Assembly: GCA_050613775.1 (NCBI GenBank)
Contig: JBODTK010000121.1
Location: 62,001-126,000, forward strand
DNA length: 64,000 nt
Reading direction: 5' to 3'
Origin: Neocallimastix sp. 'constans'
Taxonomy: Eukaryota
Each line of letters starts with the position of its first letter. Within the stretch, counting starts at the first letter, position 1. The notes under the pieces were generated by a model. The model did not search any database and was not told the origin of the DNA. It saw only the letters and a list, made by a program, of their open reading frames with translations. Both the position numbers and the translations under genes were made by a program. Shown one piece after another: positions 55,529 to 64,000 of this stretch.

Positions 55529-57645
55529 TTAATTTTTATTATTATATAAAATTACATATTAAATATATATTTTTATATATATATATTTTTTTTATATATA
55601 TATTTTTAGAGAATTAAGAAATTTTGAAATTCATAATACAGATTTACCTTATGTTATCGAAAAACTTAGTGAATTAAAAGCTTTATATTTCCTGTATGTT
55701 AAAAAAATATATTTTATTCAAAAATATTTATATCAAGAAGTGTATTTATTGTAATAATAAAAAAATAGAAATTACTAATACAATTAAATTATTAAACATA
55801 TAAAAATTATATATAAATCTGATATAAAAAAAAGTTCATTTGCTGAAAACAATATAAATTTATACTTACCAACTAATTTACATAAAATTAAAAGCTTACG
55901 AACATTGTAAATATATATAAATCTTTTATATATTATTAATAATATTTTATATATTTATGAATTTATATTAAAATTTATGTTTATAAATATTTTAATAATA
56001 TTAGGAGTTTTAGAGCAAATAAAATGATCGGTACTCTTCCAGAAAGTATTGGAGATGTATCTACTTTAACCTATTTGTAAATTTATAATTTATTAAAATT
56101 TTAAACAAATTTTTATTTTATTTTATTTTATTTTTTTACTTTTACCAATGTTTTTTTATTTATGTTATTGATTTATTAATATATATATTAAATTTGTAAA
56201 TAAAGTAATTTAAAATACTAAAGTAATATGATATTAAATTAATGAATAAATAAAAAAATTGTATATATTTTTAATTTTTAATAGAGATTTATCTGATAAT
56301 AATTTCGAAGGAGAGTTACCAACATCATTAGGCAAATTAAAAAACTTAAATTACTTGTAAAAAAAAAAATTTTTTTTTTTATTTGATTCTATTTGTTATT
56401 TAATTTATAAATTAAATTATATATATATATATATATTGCATATATTGCTTTTTCTTTTATTAATTAATAATAATAATATTATTATTTTAATACTAATTAA
56501 AATAATGAAATAAATAGAAATTTAAATGGTAATAAATTTCAAGGTACAATTCCAGATTCGCTAAAGGAAATAAAACATCTTAAGCAGTTGTAATTAATTA
56601 ATTAATTAATTTATTATTATTATTATTATTATATTTATATATAAATAGATTAAGCTTTTATTCATAATTAATATATACTATTTTTAAATTATATTGTATT
56701 AATATTTTATATTTATTTATTATTTTGTTTTTTAATTATGTTAGACATTTAGATAATACAGAATTAAGTGGTTATGTTCCGAATTTTCCTGAATTAAATG
56801 ATTGTAACTATGAAAACACAAATTTATGTGTATTGAAAGAATCTAAATGTAAATCAACCGCTTCTATTTGTTCCGATGAAATTATAAAACAAACAAAGGA
56901 AGTAAATGGTTATACCTCAAACTCAAAAAAAATAATTCCAATTATTATTGGAAGTATTGTTGGACTTTTCATTATTATGATTATTTTATTTTTCTTGTAT
57001 AAGAAAATGTCAAAGAAATCTAAAGATACCAATGATAAAAGTAATAGAAATTCTAATTCATTTGAGGAAAATATTAATCAAATAATAGACTTAAATACAA
57101 ATAATAATTCAAAATCTGCTGATATTATAATTTTACCTATTGTTAAAAATGAAGACAAATATGATATAGCTGATAACCATACTATTAATAATAATAATAA
57201 TAATGATATTAAAAAGTTGATGGTTGACAATCATAGTAATCGCAATAGTCTTTCCGTATCCCCTCCTACTTACTCAAATATGATAGTAAATGGTCATAGT
57301 ATAGTAAATAACAGCAGAATTCAACCTGTAAAATTATATGGTACTCGTCCAAATAGTATGGCTTCAAGTCAAGATATGAATAATTCAATGAATAATAGAT
57401 CGTCTTCATTATTAAGTTATAACGAATTATATGATAGTTCTGGACTTAGTATTGAAGAATCAGATCAATTAAACACAATCTCACCTACAACAAACACAGT
57501 GGATATTGTTGATGCATTGGAAAATCCAAATAGAAATGATGATAATAATAATAATAATAATGCAAAAAAGCCATTAACAAAACAAGAAGAGGCAGAATTA
57601 TTTGCAAGTCATCAAAATTATGAAGATGATCCACCATCCTATTAA
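55154..57645 (+). CDS. Leucine-rich-repeat single-pass receptor-like protein (exons 55154-55401, 55610-55693, 55835-55906, 56005-56076, 56285-56356, 56518-56589, 56745-57645; ~506 aa)
   Basis: Signal peptide and Cys-rich cap (TCCNLEGIHC). LRRs such as LDLSDNNFEGELPTSLGKLKNLNY and LNLNGNKFQGTIPDSLKEIKHLKQ. Cys-rich C-cap, TM segment IIPIIIGSIVGLFIIMIILFFLY, and an N/S-rich tail. All six introns are phase 2, GT-AG. Confidence 0.9.
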
Positions 57646-57822
57646 TTTTTTTTTTTTTTTTTTTTTTTATTTTATTATCTTATTTTCTTATTATTATTTT
57701 TAAATTTAATAAAGCGTTTATAAATTAAAAAAAAAAATAAAAAAAATTAAAAAAAAAATCTTAGGATATTTAAACATTAAAATTTAATATCATGATTATT
57801 ATCGAAGTAGTATTATATAATA

Positions 57823-57855
<33 letters not shown>

Positions 57856-57942
57856 AGGAAAAGGAAAAGGAAAAAATGAGGGAATATTTTTAAATATTTT
57901 TTGTTAATATTGATTATTTAATAGGATTTACATAATATTTTA

Positions 57943-57991
<49 letters not shown>

Positions 57992-58369
57992 AATAATAAA
58001 AAAAATATTAATAATTGATACATATTTGAACATAAATTTTTTCTTACAAAAAAAAAAAAAAACATATTAAAACAAAAATTCAATATGATAAATAAAAGTA
58101 TAAGAAAGACCTTATTTTATAAGAAAAAAAATTTTTTTTTTTCTTTCTTAAATATATATATAAAAATATATACTTAATATTTAATTTTATTAACAAAATA
58201 TTAATTTTATAGTGTTAGATTTTATTATTATTATTATTAGTAGTAGTATTAATATAAACGTTAATTTATTTATTTATTGAAGAAAATTTGAATATAAAGT
58301 TAACTAATAATAATAATATTTGAAATATCAATGTATATCAGCTATTAAAATAATATTTTTTAAAGATAA

Positions 58370-59348
58370 ATTTTATTTTGTTTTATTTTATTCAATCTGT
58401 ACTATAATAATTTTTATATTCTACTATTTTTATTTTTATTTTATTTTATTTTATTTTATTTTATTTTATTTTATTTTATTTTATTTTATTTTATTTTATT
58501 TTATTTTATTTTATTTTATTTTATTTTATTTTATTTTATTTTATTTTATTTTATTTTATTTTATTTTATTTTATTTTATTTTATTTTATTTTATTTTATT
58601 TTATTTTATTTATTTTATTTTATTTTATTTTATTTTATTTTATTTTATTTTATTTTATTTTATTTTATTTTATTTTATTTTATTTTATTTTATTTTATTT
58701 TATTTTATTTTATTCAATCTGTACTTTATATATATATTTATATTCTACTATTTATTTTATTTTATTTTATTTTATTTTATTTTATTCAATCTGTACTTTA
58801 TATATATATTTATATTCTACTATTTATTTTATTTTATTTTATTTTATTTTATTTTATTCAATCTGTACTTTATATATATATTTATATTCTACTATTTATT
58901 TTATTTTATTTTATTTTATTTTATTTTATTTTATTTTATTTTATTTTATTTTATTCAATCTGTACTTTATATATATATTTATATTCTACTATTTATTTTA
59001 TTTTATTTTATTTTATTTTATTTTATTTTATTTTATTTTATTTTATTCAATCTGTACTTTATATATATATTTATATTCTACTATTTATTTTATTTTATTT
59101 TATTTTATTTTATTTTATTTTATTTTATTTTATTTTATTTTATTTTATTTTATTTTATTCAATCTGTACTTTATATATATATTTATATTCTACTATTTAT
59201 TTTATTTTATTTTATTTTATTTTATTTTATTTTATTTTATTTTATTTTATTTTATTTTATTTTGCTTTATTTTATTCAATCTTCACTTATATTTATATTT
59301 CTACTATTTATTTTATTTTATTTTATTTTATTTTATTTTATTTTATTT
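58370..59348 (-). repeat. Compound satellite: (TTTTA)n punctuated by TTCAATCTGTACTTTATATATATATTTATATTCTACTATTTA; same family as 3520-4452, opposite orientation
   Basis: Directly visible. The reverse complement of the unit shares AAATAGT.GAA..ACAGATTGAA with the 3.5-kb array. Confidence 0.9.
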
Positions 59349-59896
59349 TCTCTAAATTAACCGAATTAAATTCTAATAATTATAACCATTTACTAGGATT
59401 ATTTACATAAAAAATTATAGTTCAATAATAATAAACTAAATATATAATAATATATAAATAATATAACAAATAATATTAACTGTATATATTTAATTATAAT
59501 ATAATATAATTAATTTTATCTATTTCATTGTATTATAATATATAGAAGAATTATGTATTTTTAATATAAACTTTAAAATAAATAAGAATATTAAAGTTAT
59601 ATACTAGTATTATATAATAAATATTTGGTACTGTAAGTAATGCAAATGTAAATTATTAAATATGATAAAAAAAATATTTCAAAAAAATATTATTGACAAA
59701 AAAGATATAAATTTAATATTTAATAATTATTATTAAATATACGAAAATGTTGATACACATTTGTTTTATATTAGAAATGCCCTTGCTAAAGCAGATAATT
59801 AACAGTGAAATTAAAATTTTTCTCAATAGGAGATAAATTTTCAACTAGAGCTGTTAATCAACTATAAATTTAATAATATATTGAAATATAAATTAT

Positions 59897-59937
<41 letters not shown>

Positions 59938-60079
59938 TATATATATATATTGTATAATAATTATTGAGCTAGTCAATAATGAAAATTATATGTATAATTT
60001 TCAATTTAAATTAAAAAATTTTTTTTCTTATAAATGTTTTTGTAATTTATAATTTATTCTCTAAAACGTGAAATATTTT

Positions 60080-61322
60080 TAATATAAATATTTCTTTTTA
60101 GTATTTTTCCGGTTTTATCTTTTTAAGTTTTACTGAATTCCATGTTATTTCTACAATTGTAAAAGAGTCCAATATAACTAGGGTTCTAATTTATGATGTT
60201 GGAATAATCTGATTTTAACATCATCAACAATTTTACAATTTGATAAATCTTCTCTTTACTTTTCTTCTAGTCTTCCAATAATTAATTGTTCCAAGATTCC
60301 AATTCTCAGCATCCTTATTCATTTAATATGCTCCTAAAATCTTTCAAGTAATAATTCATTCATTGATCTTTCTACTGGTTCTTCTAAATAGGTCTAATAA
60401 AGTAACTTCAGTAGGTAACATCTCTTCTCTTCCATATAATAACTCAAAACTTGAATATCCAGAAATTTAGGGTTTAGACATTCTGTTTGCCCATAAAGCT
60501 AAGGGTAAAAGAGTATCCCATTCATCATTCTTACCAGTAAAACTCCGTAATTGTTTATCAATCTCCCTATTTCTGTTTTCTACAAGTCCATTTGATGATG
60601 GATGATAACGAACTACAAAATGAATATAAAGTTTATATAAATCTAGAGATACTTTTGTTAAATCACAATCTAATTGTAGTCCATTATCCATATTCATTAT
60701 TTGATGCAAACCATGATTACTAAATTCATTAATTAAGAAATCAAGATTATCTTGAGAAGTAGCTAATTGGTACAATTCAGCTTCAGTTCATAACTAAAAT
60801 GATCTACATATGCAATAATAATTCTATTCCGTTTTGAAGTAATTTTTAGAGGTCCAATAATATCCATTCTTAATTTTACTAAATTCTGAATAGGTACTGA
60901 TCTATTTAACTGATATATTTTACATATGGATATATACTTTCTAATATCTAAAATCATACTTTTCCAATAATGATTCTGCTTAATTCTGTCGTAAGTCTTT
61001 TGGATACCTTCATGTTCGATCCTATGTGTCATTTCAACTGTCCTTATCTTTTCCATGTAATCATCTATAATCAATCTAAGTTTATCTTTATCTCTTATAT
61101 ATGCTTTATTAATAATTATGATCATTCTTTTATTTAGAAACCTTTTCATAAATTCAGAAATATATTTCTCGTTTTCTAGATCAATCTATAATAAAGTTTT
61201 GAAAGGATTACCTAAAATATATGGTTTAAGTTTAGTGACATAATAATAAGTCGCAGTTCCTTCCATTTCAGTAATAGGATAGTTGCGTTCGGCTTTACTC
61301 AAAGAGCGACTAATATAAAATA
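60080..61322 (-). mobile_element. Degenerate Ty3/Gypsy pol fragment (RNase H + integrase)
   Basis: FISRSLSKAERNYPITEMEG (RNase H); HRIEHEGIQKTYDRIKQNHYW..C (integrase zinc finger); MDIIGPL, YHPSSNGLVENRN, WDTLLPLALWA, GYSSFELLYGR. Many stops and frameshifts; no LTRs seen. Confidence 0.85.
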
Positions 61323-62305
61323 AAGATATAATACATAATATTAGTAAAAATGTAAATGGTATATTTGTAATTGTAATTGTATTTATTTTGATTACTATTT
61401 ATTTAAAAAAGAAAATAAAATCATCATCAATCACATGCAACAGTATATAGATATTAATTTTAATTTAATTAAAATAGTATTCCTAAAGATTCCCCTATTT
61501 ATTTAATTATTAAACATTAACAATTCAAATCTTAAAACTCTTATGAATGCCCTATTACAAGTTATAAAGTTAAGACAAATTTTAACCAATTTGGATTTAA
61601 AGTAATATATAAATTTTCCGCAAAATCTTTACTTTTGCTTCATGAGTACCAAAAACTATATATATTAATTTTAAAATTATTGAATTTTCAAACTCAAATA
61701 AATAATTTATTATTGATTTTGATAATAATATTTTTAAAATTACAAATAATTATCAATAGGATTAGTATTATATATGAGTATTATATTTATAAAAATAAAT
61801 TTACAATATTAAAAAAAGAATATATGCATATTTCATTATGAATTTGGATAATTATTTAACAAATTTTTAAAAAAGTTTAAAAAAAAAAAAAAAAATTTAC
61901 AAAATATGGAGAATAATAAAATAATAAATTCTCTTAATAAAAATTATTTAACAAGTTCTTTAAGAAACTGAAATTTCAAATGTGATAATATAATGTAAAT
62001 AGATATTATGTATTCTTAATTTAACCAATTGTTATGAATGTTGAATTCACTCTTTAAAAATTTTAAATATATTCAATAATTATGGTTTAATAATTGTAAA
62101 ATATTATCCTGTTAATATTTTTCAATTTTTAATTGTATGTCAGACGAAATATTTAAATTTTTTGAAAATTTTAGAATTTTCAAATATAAACGAATAATAA
62201 GTTTTAATTATATCATATATATATATATATATTGGAAAAAAAAAAAAATCAAATATTCTCATATTTCTCTTTTTTTTTTTTTTTTTTATCAGAGGGAGTG
62301 TACAC

Positions 62306-62353
<48 letters not shown>

Positions 62354-62859
62354 TTATATTTTATTTTATTTTATTTTATTTTATTTTATTACTAGTATTT
62401 ACACTACTTAAAAATAAATCTCTTTTTTATTTTTTTTTGGAAATTAAAAAAATTCAATGACATAATTAATAGCTACAATAATAATATTACTTTAATTATC
62501 TTTCTTGATAAAAATATATAGTGAATTATTTTTTTAATCTTTTAATACCAATATCATACTTCCTGATTATTTTAAATAATATATTTTTCTTATTTTTTTA
62601 AAAAATATTATAATAACCTTTACAATTTTCAAGTATTTTTCATGTAAAAAATCTCCTTTTTTTTTAAAAAAAAAAACATGTATAGTTCTTATTCAAAGTC
62701 AGTATTTAAAAATGTAGCGTTCATTTTTTATTTTTATATATTATAAATTTATTATAAATACAATAATTCTAAATATTACATTGAACTTGATATCACCCTA
62801 TACTTCGCATTTGTTCAATTAAGAAAAATATTTATCATTAATACTGAATATATCATGAA

Positions 62860-64000
62860 ATAGTTTACCACAGTTTATATATGAATATCTATATAATAAT
62901 TTGAATAAATATCATTCTAATAAATTATTGGAATGTTATCATTAAAATACAAAAACTATTGAAACTTTTTATTAAATAGGCATTCTGAATCATTATTGAA
63001 ATTAGTAAAACTTGAATTATACTATGAATTAAAACGATCATTTAACTTTGTAACTTTGATTTTGATGAAGCGTTAAATAGTATTCAATTTTTAGTGATTT
63101 GTATACTCCATTTTTTATTGAAGATAAAATAGATATTATGAAATACTTTATTGCTCTTAGTGTGGATATTAATTACAGTGAAATTGAGAATGATTTACTT
63201 CAAGCCTCTTTAAAATATGCTCTCAAATTAAAAGATCATGAAAATAATATTAATTTTAGTTAAATTCTTCTTTAAAAAAATAGTGTTGATATTGATCAAA
63301 ATTTTGAAAATGAAGAAACATTCTTAATAGATACTATTTATATATTATTATGATAAAAATTTACTATCTGTAAAAGTTTTAATTGAAAAAAGGGGTAGAT
63401 GTTAATTGTAGAGTAGAAGCTTATTCACTTTTATTTTCAGCTATTGAAAAAGAAGTGATATCTATCATGAAATTATTAATAAATAGAAAATGGCGCTGAC
63501 TTAAATGAAAATATACCAGATAGAATTAGTGAAACAAAACCACTTTTAATGAGTTGTATTGAAATGGAGCATATAGAATTGGCCATACTTCTTATGAAGC
63601 GTCATGCTCAAATTACCTATTATTATCAAAATAATTACTTCATATTAATTGAAATGTATGAAAATAACATATTAAAGCATGTTATATATTAGACAAAACA
63701 ATATTGAAATTACCACTCCTCCAAAAAAAAAAAAAAATAACAAGTGATTTTATTCCTTTAAATCATTTAAATCTTTTAAAAATTATATATAAACATTATT
63801 ATTTAAAAGTAAATAAAAAGGAAAAAGGATGATTTGGAATTATATTATTATTCTACTCATTATAACAAATTAAGGACAAATTTTTCAAATTTTTAATTCA
63901 TTGTGGTTCTGATTTAAATGTGAAAAATAAGTATGGAGAGACCATTGAAACTATAAATAAAAAATATAATTATACTTATTGTTGTAGTACTTTGAAATTT
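62860..64000 (+). pseudogene. Decayed ankyrin-repeat gene (runs to the window end; start approximate)
   Basis: Interrupted frames give EDKIDIMKYFIALSVDINY, VKVLIEK.G.DVN, LLFSAIEKEVISIMKLLI..NGADLNE, KPLLMSCIEMEHIELAILLMKRHA and KFLIHCGSDLNVKNKYGET. Confidence 0.7.

Noticed and set aside
58700..59200. CRISPR-like repeat-spacer appearance of the compound satellite
   Set aside because: The spacers are only TTTTA pentamers, there are no cas genes, and the context is eukaryotic.

Overview
Extremely AT-rich eukaryotic DNA with GT-AG introns. Gene content and composition suggest an anaerobic gut fungus (Neocallimastigomycota); this is an inference. Six intact genes could be spliced by hand: a sugar-binding-protein/7TM (class C GPCR-like) fusion, a type I metacaspase with a Q/P/Y-rich prodomain, Arp3, an intronless bacterial-type secreted CpdB/5'-nucleotidase, a full-size ABCA transporter, and a plant-style LRR receptor-like protein with one repeat per 72-nt exon and PPxY motifs. 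The centre (25.2-34.0 kb) is a nested mobile-element complex. Two inverted copies of a non-autonomous foldback/TIR element lie 33 bp apart, and the second is interrupted by a young Ty1/Copia element with 232-bp near-identical LTRs. That element's LTRs end in AA rather than CA, and its primer-binding site is complementary to the anticodon arm of tRNA-Lys(CUU), which points to half-tRNA priming with an unusual tRNA. Also present are a decayed Ty3/Gypsy pol fragment, two homologous ankyrin pseudogene fragments, two copies of a compound AAAAT satellite, and many tandem repeats and palindromes.
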